NCBI GenBank assembly: GCA_000934665.2 | Contig: JYFJ02000843.1 | Span: forward strand, 62,001-108,467 | Length of the DNA stretch: 46,467 nucleotides | DNA from: Catajapyx aquilonaris | Taxonomy: Eukaryota | Direction of reading: 5' to 3' | In this document: positions 1 to 12,974 of the stretch, piece by piece | How the letters are laid out: every line of letters starts with the position of its first letter | Numbering within the stretch: position 1 is the stretch's first letter | Program-made: the position numbers and the translations under genes | Notes under the pieces: generated by a model | Databases searched by the model: none | What the model saw: the letters and a program-made list of their open reading frames with translations, nothing else | Told to the model about the DNA's origin: nothing

Positions 1-52
1 ATCCAACCACTCTCTTATGAACGGTTCCAATTATTACTACACTCATTTTCAG

Positions 53-980
53 GCACTCCACAAGAGGCAGGCTCACCAATCAGTGTGAAATCAGATTCCT
101 TTGAGCACATGAATGGAGCAGGGGATGAAGTATCTGAAAAGACTCAATACATTACAGGTACTGGTAACAGTTTATCCCACTGCTCAAGTCTGTCGACAAA
201 TGGGAGGCAAATTGTTCAGTCCGGAAGCCAGTATTGGATGTATTGTTGATTGTTGCTTAGCTGATTCTGGAGTGAGGGGCCTCCCTCATATTGGACTCGA
301 GACTTGAGCAGTTCACGACCATTAAAAAACGGAATTATTAACACCATGTTGTTTCTGCCTATTTAGCAACTGCAGCCATACCCGATGAAGGAACCACTGG
401 TGCTGCCACAGGCAACCTAACTGGTACAGAAGAAACTGCAGCAGATGTGTCAGCCATGGATGCCCTGGGTGATATTGATGACCAACAGGATGACCATTCA
501 CGGGTAAGAAATGTCGGGAGTTTCTTCGGATCGTCGACGCTGCTGGCAGTGTCCCACATAGTGCTATTGTGGAGTTGAATTATTTTATTAACTACTAATG
601 TTATTTTAAGTTTGTTACAATACTAACATAACTTCCTCGCCATCCTAAGCGCCGATAATCCAGGAGAAACTTCCTTTAACAACGCATGGAGTGCACAGTG
701 TGTCATGTTGATAAAAGCCTTCGGCTGACAATACATCTTGTAGGCTGCAGAGGAGCTCCCCGCCGACTCCAGCTCTGAAGTGCGACAGAGAATGGGTGCC
801 AGCGACGAAGAAGAAGAAGAGGCGGAGGAGGAAGAAGCAGCAGCAAGAGGGCAGCAACCCACAGCACAGCCCGGCATGAGCACCAGCTCTTCCCTGGAGA
901 GTGCAAATTTCGAATTAATTCCTGGTGCGCCTGTTTGCTCCTCCGACTCGCTAATGAGGGAAGAGAAGGAGGAGGAGTGA
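53..980 (+). CDS. 3' end (last three exons) of an unidentified gene with a low-complexity acidic C-terminus; 5' part lies outside the window
   Basis: Exons 53-157, 367-503 and 744-980 have AG/GT boundaries with matching phases (1, then 0). They read ...TPQEAGSPISVKSDSFEHM...DDHSR|AAEELPADSSSEVRQRMGASDEEEEE...SLESANFELI...EEKEEE*. No domain recognised. Confidence 0.7.
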
Positions 981-3671
981 ATCTAGGACCTTACCTTTTT
1001 TTTTCCACACTTCTGACTTGTCCTACTATACTGCATATCTTGCACAAGTTTGTTTTGTGACGCAACCCTCCACTCCCAACCACTCGATTTGTCACCATGC
1101 GGAAGAGAAAACCGCCTCACATTCTGACGAAAATAAATGTCTTGGAATATACTTAACCCGTTGAGTGAAAAAAAATAATAATGTACAAAATTCCATGTTG
1201 TGCATGTAGCATTCCACTTGCTTGGGTTGTGACTTGGTTGGTCGTCTATTTGTAAACTTGTCAACACATGCTCGAGAATACGGCAGATTTCCTTTGGTAT
1301 TTCCAGGACTTAACTTTTTTGTGCTCAACTCAGCGTGCCATGTGCCAAATTACATAGCATTGCTCCAAGTTGTCACCATCGAATCAACTCTGACCTCGTG
1401 AAAAGAAAAGAAAAAAAGTCAAAAAAGGCTGTGAACATGTACTAAGATATGATGGGAGCGCTTTGCACGATTTTTATATGCGAAATGCAAGTTGCAACCT
1501 TCTATTAGCTGCCTTGTTTCGTATAGGTGACACAGCATAATGAGCACGTTATCACATCTATGCGGCACACCACTTAACTCTTGCCTCCTGGTCTCTCTTG
1601 TTGCTTAACAAGAGGGTTTAAATGAACCAGTCAGTTTTGAGGTAGTTTAAGTGGCACTTATGCCACTTTAGATCAGCAAACAGAATATTAAATAAAGACT
1701 GTAACCCAGAAATGTGTTGCAGTTGAACATCACCTCCGTGAAATTACTGGTATAGCACTGTGCTTTTTAAGAAAATGCCATCATGGGCACTAAACACTTT
1801 ATTGTAACGTTGGTCTCTTCAGTTCTTGTACCCAGAATGTATGTATAGACCCTTCAGTCATAGGTTTAGAAAAGGTGAGAGACACATTGAAAAAGAGAAA
1901 GCAAGCAGCTACCGTAACTTCCTTCATTATATTGACACAAACCCAGGAATTTGCCACAGACCACAGGAATGATTACTAACTCAGATAATAATCATCACCA
2001 ATCCACTTTATGTAGGAACAGCATTGCAACTCAGAATATAATAATATTTTAGACCTTTTTAGAGCTTTCCCTTGGAAAATGGATTTGCAATAAACCTATG
2101 ATTCTGAAATCATCACAACTCTTTCATTTATAGCATAGTGATAAGCAACAGTGCTTAATTATTATATGCATGCTTGATAAGCGCATGTATATTAGATATA
2201 TCTTACTGGTTGACCTCGGGCCATTGCTTCATTAGAAATTCTGGAAATGGACGACTCCTAATTAGCCACAGCTAGACAAAGAAGGTACAGGCTGTACTCG
2301 CTTGATGCCACAGCTGGCACTCTCGGGGCTGTCAAAAATTGCATACCTCACTATCACTGCAAGAGGAGATACTAGCTTTTTGAAATGAAAAATTTTCCTT
2401 CAGGTTTGTAGGAAAATCCATTTTATTATCATAGCAACTAAGGCACAAAAAATATATATTCGATTGCAAAATTGATGCGACAAAATAACATTATTGCTTC
2501 CCACACATCCCGAGAAGTTGACTGCATGCTCACTTCCTATCACCTAGGAAAGGAGACATTTCATCTTATGATCCATACTCTACAGTATTTACATGGATCA
2601 TACAAAGAAAAGTTCCTTGCACACAAATTGTATAAAAATATTTAATTGGAAAAATTGAACCACATGCCAATCAACTATTCCAATATTCTCCGAATAAATG
2701 CTTGTTAACGCACATTTACATGCAAACGGGACCTGCAGGACTAATATTTGGCTTGGGTCATTCAAATCATTGGAGTGCCTTCTTTCCATCCTTGTACGAT
2801 CAAGCTATGATATATGAGATTCTTATGATAGATAAGATGGTACATCCATGTGAGGCCAGTTCACTACTTGCTCATGATGTCCTGCAGCAAGTGCAGCACC
2901 AAATATCGTCTCAACGACATTTCTTGCCTCTGGATGAATAATAGATACAAAGTGTGGAATGCTGTCGTTCTCCGGTACGTTACCATGGATTAACACCCAG
3001 TTAATGTGACACAGTCAATTTGACAACCAGCCCTTCACAAATAGGACACAGAAGTAAACCACTTGAGAGATACCTGAGAATATGGCTTGCTCTGGGATAC
3101 CCACTAAAAGTGCTGGAAAGATGCAATATCCCCTTCTAATAATTATCATGACATGGATGCCACTAAAATTATGCTCACAGTCCAATGATAGGATAGAAAC
3201 AGTCTCTATTATCTCTTATTGCATATCACTTCCCACTGTCAATTGAAAATGCAGAGCTGAGACCTGCCAGCTCTGGCAGGTCTCAGGTCTGTCTGGTACT
3301 TACCTAGGCAGAAGCTCTGGCAAATTATCCAGGGACAGGGCAGTGGTGACAGTGACTGTTGGCAGATTCAATGCTACAACTTTCATGAATTCTTCCTTTA
3401 CACACATGATTCATTGCATGCACAGACTGGTTATACAAACTTCCAGAGTTTAACTACAAGCATGGACTGAGAAGGCTGACTGACACCTCTGGTGTAGCGA
3501 ATACATGAATACACGTCTCTGTTGCATAAGTTGCAGCATTTACACTGCCATGTTGAAGCCAAGATCACAGTTGCCACTACCCTGTCTAAGAATATTTTGC
3601 CAGATCTTCTGCATAGGCATTCAAGTATCAGAGGCACTGACCTACCGTACCTGGCGGCCATATACTCTAGT

Positions 3672-6600
3672 TTATGTACCCTTCGCCTTTCTCTCCTTTG
3701 GATGTTCCCGACCTTCATGTATCTGACAAAACAGCTTGCTTAGGTATAAACGTCCACAGATGGAACAAACTAACCCATGTTCAGTCTTGTAAAATGGGAT
3801 GCTGTCGGTCCGTGGCTTGTAAATTTCCATGCTCTTCAATTTCAATTGCATCTTCCTCATCATCATCTCTTCTCTCCTTGCTTCAGGAGGTGGTGCAGAA
3901 GCCCTAGATGGGTCAGAATCTTCTTTAGAGTCAGGAATCACATCCTCATCTGAGTGATGAACACACTCTTCTTTTGAGTCAGGGACACCCTCTTCTGAAT
4001 TAGAGGCAGACTCTTCTGAATTAGAGGCAGACTCTTCTGAATTAGAGGCAGACTCTTCTGAATCAGAAGTCGACTGTTCTGAGTCAGTGTCAGCATCTTC
4101 AGAGTCAGCGTCTGCATGTTCAGTGTCTGCGTCAGCATCTTTTGAGTCAGTGTCAGCATCTTCGGAGTCAGCGTCAGCATCTTCAGTGTCAGCGTCAGCA
4201 TCTTTTGAGTTAGTGTCAGCATCTTTTGAGTCAGTGTCAGCATCTTTTGAGTCAGTGTCAGCATCTTTTGAGTCAGCGTCAGCATCTTTTGAGTCAGCGT
4301 CAGCATCTTTTGAGTCAGTGTCAGCATCTTTTGAGTCAGTGGCAGCAGCAGCACGTTCGGAGTCAGCGTCAGCATCTTTTGAGAAAGTGGCAGCAGCAGC
4401 ATGTTCGGAGTCAGCGTCAGCATCTTTTGAGAAAGTGGCAGCAGCAGCATGTTCGGAGTCAGCGTCAGCATCTTTTGAGTCAGTGTCAGCATCTTTTGAG
4501 TCAGTGACATCATCTTGATCCGATTGGTGAGCATGGTCTTCTTCTGAGTGACGGACAGGCTTGTCTTCAGAGTGAGGGCCAACATCTTTTTCTTCAGAAC
4601 TGCTTTCCCGCCTGAAGCTGTAAACGTTTCTTCTTACAGTTAGAGCTCTATGTACTCAAATGTAAGGTTTATAATAGCACAAAGACTGAAGCAGTTTGGT
4701 GGAGTGGCTATAGGGTCCGACTGCTAAACGGGAGGTCCTGGGTTCGAGCCCCGGGGCCGGCAACTCTAACCGTGGTTTTCTGTGGTTTCCCACGGTCCCT
4801 CCAGGAGAATTCCGGAGTTGTTTCCTAAATTAATAGGCCACAGCCACCTCCTTCCTTCCCTATCCTATCCCAAAAGGCAAAGTAAAAATGTACGCAAGAG
4901 TTCTAGACAAAACAAAAATCCCCCCTAAAGAGCCGAAAAAGGCTGACAACGGGGTAAGATATTATTAATAGCACAAAGAACCTGACAATAGGACTGAAGG
5001 GAGCCTGCTGTTCAAATGGGTGAGAATGGGGCTCACTGAATGCAGTAGTGACAAAATATCTATTTCAGGTAATAGGAGCCTAGTTTTCATGGGGTGGTAC
5101 TATCTCTCATACACAGCTTTCCTGAGGGGCCTTAAAACACTGTCTTCTTTCTGTGTTACATAGATTCTGATATATTAGACAAAAATACATGGAAAATTGT
5201 AATTCACCGCTGGGGCACAGAATTATTCCGCAAGTACAATAGTTATGCTACATCCAGGGTCTGCTAGCTGTACCCAGCTGTACCCATGCCTCAATGCATA
5301 ATCATTTTAAAAATGTACACAAGAGCTTTCATTGGAATGAGTTGGCGGCACCTCATACCTGAAGTCATTTTTCAGAGTGGGCAAAAGTTCTGGGTTGACA
5401 TTTGAAGAATGAAATGACAGCTAATTACCTGGAGGAGCTTGAATGAGATTCTGAAAGGGCACCATCCATCTTGAGGCATTTCTTTCTTCTGGAGGGGTGA
5501 CTCCGGATCCTCTTTCGTTTCTTAGCGACTCCTACTTTGTCCGCTGGAAAAGGCTCTGGATCCAGTGAGCCATTGTGCTGAGAACTGTGGAAGTCAAGGC
5601 AGATTAATAGCGTACCGCATTCCAACTTCTATGCTAGTCAGAACTAAATTCACTGGACAATCTGTAACCAACATTTAGGTCAGGATTTAATTGACTTCCA
5701 TGAAATCAGCTACCAACAAATCCCACTTGGTACATATCTACCTCCAATCCATATGTATCGATTGTGATTTTAGCTAGGTATAAGCAGTGATGCTGATGCT
5801 CACGGCTGACACTTGTTCACAAGAAGTTGCAGTGAAGATCGTATATTATTAATGAAAGGGGGTAATTAAAGTGATGTACACAATAGAACAATCAGGGTAA
5901 AATATAATGATTCAATTCACAAAGTGGATTTAAACTTAATATTTTTATAATATTTGTGCTTATCCATGAGGTCCTGAATTGGTTTACTGTGTATTTGCAC
6001 TGCCTGAATTTTAAAATATTGGCATCCGCAGGGCTACTGCGTGTACAGTGTTGGACATTAATCGTGTCATACTGCTAGCGACATTTTCCGAAGCGGCAGA
6101 AGATCAAATCTTGCTTGCACAGCTTGCACTATCCATTGCGTCGATTTGTTCTTCTGCCGCTTCGGAAAATGTCGTTAGCAGTATGACACAATGAATGTCC
6201 AACACTGTACAAGACTAATGAGGGGGGAGTAGTTGATAGGTGAGAGGTTAAATTGATATAGAAGCTCAAATACCCGTGCACAAATAAGATTTGTTCCTCA
6301 GGCGCTTCCACCGTTGCAACTAGTGGCGGATTACGAACAGTGGGTATTATAAGCTCGTCAACTGATGGCTCTATACCCAGAGCTACGCAGAGTTTTGCAA
6401 TTTCGTCACAATACCAAGTGTTTTCCTGAAGAACGCCAGTATACACGAAGGTAATAACATGCTTTAACACAAAGCATGTCACATCCGGTAGGAAAATGTC
6501 CGCATGCTCCTGGCCGACAGACTGCAGCAATTCTAGTAAAAAGGTGCTGGCCGAAGCCAGCATCAGCTTGTGGGCCATGAGCCGGCCATCGTCACAGTGA

Positions 6601-6683
6601 AAGGTCACATCTTTAAATGAATTTCCTTCCATAAGCTCTTCGGGGTAATCCAATAAGTTCCAATGACTTTTCACCAGCTCCAT
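3672..6683 (-). CDS. BTB/POZ-domain protein with basic NLS-like exon, long acidic repeat linker and one C-terminal C2H2 finger (paralogue A, ~503 aa)
   Basis: Exons 6683-6274, 5584-5429 and 4617-3672 total 1512 nt in frame. BTB motif FKDVTFHCDDGRLMAHKLMLASASTF...FVYTG; KKRKRIR; finger CSIC-x12-H-x4-H. Start ATG inferred. Confidence 0.85.
3991..4510 (-). repeat. Coding minisatellite: 21-bp units (TDSKDAD), a 48-bp unit (DSEHAAAATFSKDADA) x3, and a second 21-bp unit x3
   Basis: Direct repeats tcagcatcttttgagtcagtg, tcagcatcttttgagaaagtggcagcagcagcatgttcggagtcagcg and tcttctgaattagaggcagac. Confidence 0.95.
4686..4965 (+). mobile_element. tRNA-derived SINE in intron 2 of BTB paralogue A
   Basis: A-box-like tggtggagtgg, B-box ggttcgagccc, body ccgtggttttctgtggtttccc...ggccacagccacctccttcc, short (tat) tail, and a 14-bp TSD taatagcacaaaga (4672-4685 and 4966-4979). 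Confidence 0.9.
6046..6207. mobile_element. Tc1/mariner-type MITE (162 bp) in intron 1 of BTB paralogue A
   Basis: ~65-bp imperfect TIRs cagtgttggacatt...aatgtccaacactg, flanked by TA on both sides. Confidence 0.85.
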
Positions 6684-8984
6684 TATTGCCACTTGCTAAG
6701 AGCTGGTAAAGGGGAAGAAAAGACTCAGCATTAGCACATGTGGCAACCAGTTTTTTTTAAAATCCCACTGCTGGTGAGTGACACTAAGCAACATATTTAT
6801 GATACATACATGTTGGTGTCTGGGGTACGGATGTCAAGCCTTCGAAACTTTTCTGCAGAGACAGCAGGAAATAATTATGATGCGTGTCTGTCCTCTTGGC
6901 GGCATGCACAGCATTTGCTAGGTGGCAGCACCTACCCTCCTCACATGTGTGGCTTCTTCTTTTTTTTAAAAAAAAAAAACAGCTTATCTTCAAAGTTCAA
7001 CCGCCAAACTCAAATCCTCACACAATTTATGATGTACTTGATGGATAACCCCCCTAATTAGTCAGTTATTAAAGTCAAACTCATTTTTATTTCCAGAGTA
7101 TACAAGCAACTCTCTTGGTGCTACATCTTGGGTTTGTCCGCACTTGCAAAAGTCTCGTAGTACTTGCAAAATGAAAATGTGTGCAGAAAAATCTGTTCAC
7201 AAAATGAAACAGAAAAATTACATAAATAATATGCTTCTCAAATTATCTTTTCTCTGGAGCCTATTGACTGTATAGGAGGCCCAAACCTGTCACATGGATA
7301 GGAAACTTGGTGTTCATCTGACTATCCGTATATAACACTATTGCGTACATATTACGGAAAATATGTTATTGGACCATCTGAATCACATCAACCAACCATT
7401 CCAGTGGGTTCTAGTCTTCTCTGGATAAATACTGGTTAAGGCACATTTGGAAACAAATGGGGACCTGCATTTGGCTTGATTTATTCGACTAGTGCCTGAT
7501 TTCCATCTGTGCATGATAAAGCTACAGTTACGGGTCAATCCCGTGGAATATGGCAGGTACAGGCCCAAATGTTTCCTCAATGACAAATTTATTGTCTCTA
7601 GAATCTAAAAGGATATAACAAATATATAATGTGCAATTATGTGCTTGTACAGTACAGTACACATCACAACGTAAAGAACCACAACATAACACCCACTACA
7701 GTTGATAATCTCTTAAATCCAGAAATTTTGACAATCTAATATAGAAACTAATCTGGAAAAATATGTTTGTCAGCATGGAATGCATTTCTCCAGACAAATT
7801 ATAATACCATCATGGGCTTGGATTTTGGCAGTGTATATCTTTTACACCAATTATCTCCCACAACCAGACGGGGGGATGACCATACAGGCATTTGAGCAAT
7901 GCTGTTGGGCTGGGTGAAAAAAAATCCAGCTTAAGAATGTCGCAAAAACCAAAGTTAGATCTAAAGGCAACGAATGCCTGGAATGATTTTAAGACCCGGT
8001 TTTCTTCTGCCCACAATATATCTGCACTGTACAGAACTGTAAATTACCATATCTGACAGCATATAAGACACATGTTATTCTCCAAAACATTGCCCTGCCT
8101 CTTATATGCAAAAAATTCAATAAAAGCTTTTTCTCCTGAATATGAACTGCTGAAATGGAAGAGCATCTGATATGCCCATGTGTCTTATATGCAGTCAAAT
8201 GGAGTAATTATTAAAAACTTCTTTCCATGTAACTATCAGGATTTCCACATATTCATACTACCTTGAAACTAAGTTACAAATTTCGTGCAGCAGAAAAGGT
8301 AACTGAAGGATTCATAGAAAGGTACCCCATTGTGTGTAGCAGCTTAATGCAGAACCCTTGCCTGATAGTGTCCACTAGAAAAATAACACAATATATTTCA
8401 AAATATGTTTCCTCGACTGCACATTTGAAAAATTTTAACGTCACAAATGGTCGAAGTTGTGCCAGCAGACTCGAACAATTATTATTTCAATTTTTTCACA
8501 GTAGAGCCGCATTGAGAGTTGCATATTGTTCACTGAAACTTGCTTTTTGAAAACTTCATGACTGTACAATGCCAGCTGTGTAATATGATATGCCAGAAAA
8601 TGGAGTATTAAATAGGCAATCAGCAAAGTAAATCAATACTGCAAGTTGCACTGAAACTTCCCTCCAGGCCATGTATCTTTTTGATCGTGGGATCTGAGCA
8701 AGCAGGAGCCATGAGATTCGCTGGCAAGTGAAAAAATCACTCGGCCATCACCCTGGTCGCTAATCTCCCCGGCTTTAAAGGCCCCCCACAATCAAGAAAA
8801 GAATTCACACGAAGAGAATCTTACAGTTCAGAAACTCATCCAACAGGCAGGAAATGATGATGTTACAAGTTATAGTTATAATGAACAATTTGCAACTCTA
8901 TACATTGGGATCATCTCCCATTGTTCCCGAATGTTTCAAAGTGTGACCATTGTGATATACCCAATTTTGATTACCTGGAAGAGA

Positions 8985-10346
8985 TTACTCCTTCTTAATT
9001 CGATGATGTACAAACTCGTGCAATTTGCAAAACACCTTACTTCGCAATTTAACCCCACAGGTGGCACAAACTACCCCGTGTTCAGTAATGTAAAAGGGGG
9101 TGCTGTGTTGCTGTATCCTGTAAACTTCCAGTCGCTTCAGTTGTAGTTTCATTTTGGTCTTCGTTTCTTCCCTTCCATTTGGAGATGGAGCAGTAGGACG
9201 CAGTGTGCCTGAAGCTCCTTCAGAATCATGCGCCAAATCTTCTGCTGAATCATGTACCAAAACTTCTGCCGGATCATGTACCAAATCTTCATCTGAGTGA
9301 TGGACAGTCTCGTCTTCTGCGTGATGGCCAACGTCTTCTTCAGAACCACTCTCTTGTGTGAAACTGTAAAGGAAGATTTTTTTCTAGAGCTCATTCTCCT
9401 CAAATTTAAGCTTGAAAAGCACAGTGAATGCTATTGCTTCAATTGAAAATACTGACACCACAGCAGATCCCTCTTTATGCAATTACCATATTTGACGGCT
9501 AAGATGCATCCCCATTTCAGCAGATCATATTCAGGAAAAAAAGCTTTGCGTATTTTCGCGCATATAAGATGCAGGGTTATTTTTTGAGCCATTTTTGGGG
9601 TGGAAAAAGTGTCTTATATGTCGCAAATATGTTAATCTGGAGTGCGAGAAACTTCTGGGTTGTGGTTGAAGAAATGACGTGAATGCAATTATACCTGGAG
9701 GAGCTTGAATCACACATGGCGACATCTATCTTACGTCGCTTCTTTCCGCTATCAGAGCGTCTCTGGATCCTCTTTCGCTTCTTGACGACTCCTGGTCCAT
9801 CAGAACTTCCCATGTCAGCTACTGCGTCAGCAGGAACAGACTCTGGATCTGGTGAACTGTGGAAGTCAAGCGTGATTACTCAAGCATTCGTTACACTTGC
9901 GGTATAGGATCTAGAGTCAGGTACCTGTGCAAGAATGAGCTTGGGTCGTCCGGCCCTTCCACTGTTGCAACCGCCAAGTGTTCCAGCTGTCGCTGAAGAC
10001 ACTTGGGTTTTTCAAGCTCGTCTACATTTGGATCTATCCCCATTGCTTTGGCAATCTTGTAAATGTCAGGCACATCAAAAACATTCCCTCTAAACACACC
10101 AGTGTACACAAAGGTAAGGACTTGCTTCAACATCAAGCATGTAACATCTGGAAGGGAAATATCAACATCCCCCTGGCCAACAGACCCCAGCAGCCCATGT
10201 AAGTATGAGCTAGCCGAAGCCAGCATCAGCTTGTGGGCCTTCACCGGACCATCTTCACAGTGGAAGGTCACATCTTGAAAAGAGTTTCCTTCCATAAGGC
10301 CCACCCCATCCTGCAACAGGTTCCAACCATTAAGAAGCACGACCAT
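8985..10346 (-). CDS. BTB/POZ-domain protein with one C-terminal C2H2 finger (paralogue B, ~320 aa)
   Basis: Exons 10346-9925, 9856-9695 and 9363-8985 total 963 nt, with the same intron positions and phases as paralogue A. FQDVTFHCEDGPVKAHKLMLASAS; KKRKR; CATC-x12-H-x3-H. Confidence 0.85.
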
Positions 10347-10623
10347 TGTTCTCCAGCAGTTATCTTTCTCAACTGGAGAAGTCCACATAGCATATCCCAG
10401 GAGGCAGCACCTACCCACGAAATTTACATCCTTCATGTTAAATAATTAATAAATACTGCCACATTTTTGGCGGATAATAACACGAAAAAAAATTAATCAA
10501 AGAAATGAAACCATTTTTATGGCCGATTGCACCAATTTTTACTTCGACATATTATTACAGTGGAATTCGTATAAAGAAAGCTTTGTAACGAGTTATCAAT
10601 TTAATTAGTGAATACGATTTTCG

Positions 10624-12700
10624 CTAATTTATTTTACGCAATAGATTCTTAACGTAGTCTATTATAGAAGAAACTGGAGTCGATAGCCGGAGTACTGTTG
10701 CTAGGAGATAGTCCATCATAAATGTGGGCAAAAGCCTTGCGCTAATAATGCCCATTTTTTCCCCGATGGATCCAGGAATGTAATCTGTAGCAGGATATGA
10801 TGACTGGACAGCATCTGCAAAGGCCTCCACTGGACCACTTATGTCAGAATTCTGCATGGGGAAAAAAGAGACACACAATCTGATGAAGTCAAGGGGTGAA
10901 CTTTTATTTAAATGAATACACTCTTATTCTGAATCATTTGACCAAGAATCTTCCACGAAAGACATACACTCTTTGCAGCTAATATTCGGTACTTTTGAGT
11001 TATAAATATTGTTCCATATGTTATACATATAACACTCAGTAACTTTTTCTCCTATCTGAATTTTGAACTTTGAACAAAACCATTAGAAACATACTGCGTC
11101 TTTTGCAGTTTATTGCATAATTAATTTTATTATTTACATTATTGCTAGAAATAATATGGATAATTTTGCATACCGAACTAATGACTGTGGCATTCACCAC
11201 AGCCTTGAATGAAGTACCTGCTGTCTTGTACTTTTCATCTTGATGAAGATTTTTTCCAGAGATTTCAGGGGCAATATTTGTGCCTGAAAGCATATAATAA
11301 CGTATAAGTTTACAGGTTGTGACCTAATAATTGCAACATACTTATCATAGTGTTGAATTATTATTATTTCTGACCTGAATTTTTAATCATTTCAGGCAGA
11401 GGTATTTTTAAAATATGGGCAGGGTAATGAGCTCCTTGCCCCCGGTCAGTCCAGGACGTACCAGATTGCACAATAACTAAATGAATACCTGTAATGTAGT
11501 TCCCAGGATCGATGGTAATGACTCTGATTCCCTTAGGCGACAGTTCTTGTCTCATGCACTCAGAAAAACACCTCAGTGCGCACTTGGAAGAGGAATATGC
11601 TGAACTAAAGACAAGTGGTACCAAGCTTGAGAAACTGCCAATGTTGACAATTCGACCTGTATCGAAAACGAGTAGGTGCGTACTCAAAGGTATCTTACTC
11701 TCGTCGACTTAACCAAGCAGATGCTTAATAATTTATTAACAAATTAGTATCATTGTGACATTTACCAGTGCAATTGTTTACTTACCACCATCCTTGTGAA
11801 GTATTGGCAGAATGGCTTGCATCATTCTGATATGTCCAAAAAAGTTGACACTCAGTACCCTGTCGTAAGATTCCATGGCCATACGTTCAACTTTTCCGAC
11901 TATAGAAATTCCTGCATTGTTGATTAAAGCCCACAGACCTAAAGAAGTGAGAGTAAAATTTTTCCTGCATTGAAACATAGCATCTTGAAACACATAAGTT
12001 ATGGGTTATGAAAAATGAAATGATAAAGTAACAGGCCAAAATTACAGACATTCGTTCCTTTGTATAACGTGTGAATGTCGTCACTACTTGCAATACACAT
12101 ATCGCCTACTGTACTTATTCCCTTGAGGAAAATAATGAGAATCAGAATACAGTATTTGATTATAGGTGATTGAAAACGTTTGAGATGATTTTTAAAAAGT
12201 TGTAACTTTCCCTTAACAGTACTGGAAGTCAGAAACATATATTTTTTGAAAATGTGTGAGCAGTAGGTTGTAATGGTTTTTAACTGGCGAAGAATGCAAA
12301 TCTTTCATGATCCCAAATATTACCATCGGATTTTATCGGCAGGTGGTCAGTCACATATTTGACTGCCTGCTTCACGCTTTCCTGTGACGTTACATCCAGT
12401 TCGATGACGTGCAATCTCGCAGACTTCATATCTCGAAGTTTGGCCTCGTCACCACCTTCTTTTTTTAGCGAGCGGAATCCAGCAAACACAGTGAACCCCT
12501 GCCTCAAAACACCAACATTAATTTTAATACTCTCGATAAGACTTGCACAAGAAAGAGAAGTGTAATATTCAGCATGATACTTGCAAGTTCATGTAGTTTG
12601 TAGGCAGCAGCATTTCCAAATCCTGAGCCGCAGCCTGTGATGAGCACTGCTCTTCCATTTGGATCAAGCTGTATACAGAATAGACACATGTGAATTAAAC

Positions 12701-12756
<56 letters not shown>

Positions 12757-12974
12757 GTAGTAGTAGTAGTAGTAGTAATAATAATAACCTTTTGTGACCG
12801 GAGGTACCAAATCCAGCAGCAGAAAGAGACCGGTAGTAAAGTAATGTGACTGACTGCTGTGTTGAGTGCATTGCAACCTGATATAGGGTACAGAAACACT
12901 AGTTCCGCCAGAAGAAGAACTAAGAAGGTCCATTTTTCTTTCCCAATGTCATTATAGTCCGGGAAAAAAGTCAT
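10624..12974 (-). CDS. Short-chain dehydrogenase/reductase, SDR9C (RDH/HSD17B6/BDH1)-like, copy 1 (~367 aa)
   Basis: Exons 12974-12789, 12668-12585, 12498-12324, 11938-11786, 11656-11489, 11283-11174 and 10851-10624. Motifs TGCGSGFG, GLWALINNAG, GRIVNIGS, YSSSK, IDPG. Intron 2 needs a GC donor. Confidence 0.88.
12701..12787. repeat. (AAT)n/(AGT)n microsatellite at the intron-1 donor of SDR copy 1
   Basis: Directly visible; it produces the spurious poly-I/T/Y ORFs. Confidence 0.97.

Noticed and set aside
3938..4585. ORFs of 215, 143 and 93 aa (MLTLTQK, SASFESV and QHLLSQ repeats) and a CRISPR-like look
   Set aside because: These are alternate frames of the coding minisatellite in BTB paralogue A. 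The units are contiguous with no unique spacers, so this is not a CRISPR array.
4690..4762. tRNA-like sequence (also at 22084-22165 and 45600-45670)
   Set aside because: Each continues into a SINE body flanked by TSDs and lacks a clean cloverleaf; these are SINE heads, not tRNA genes.
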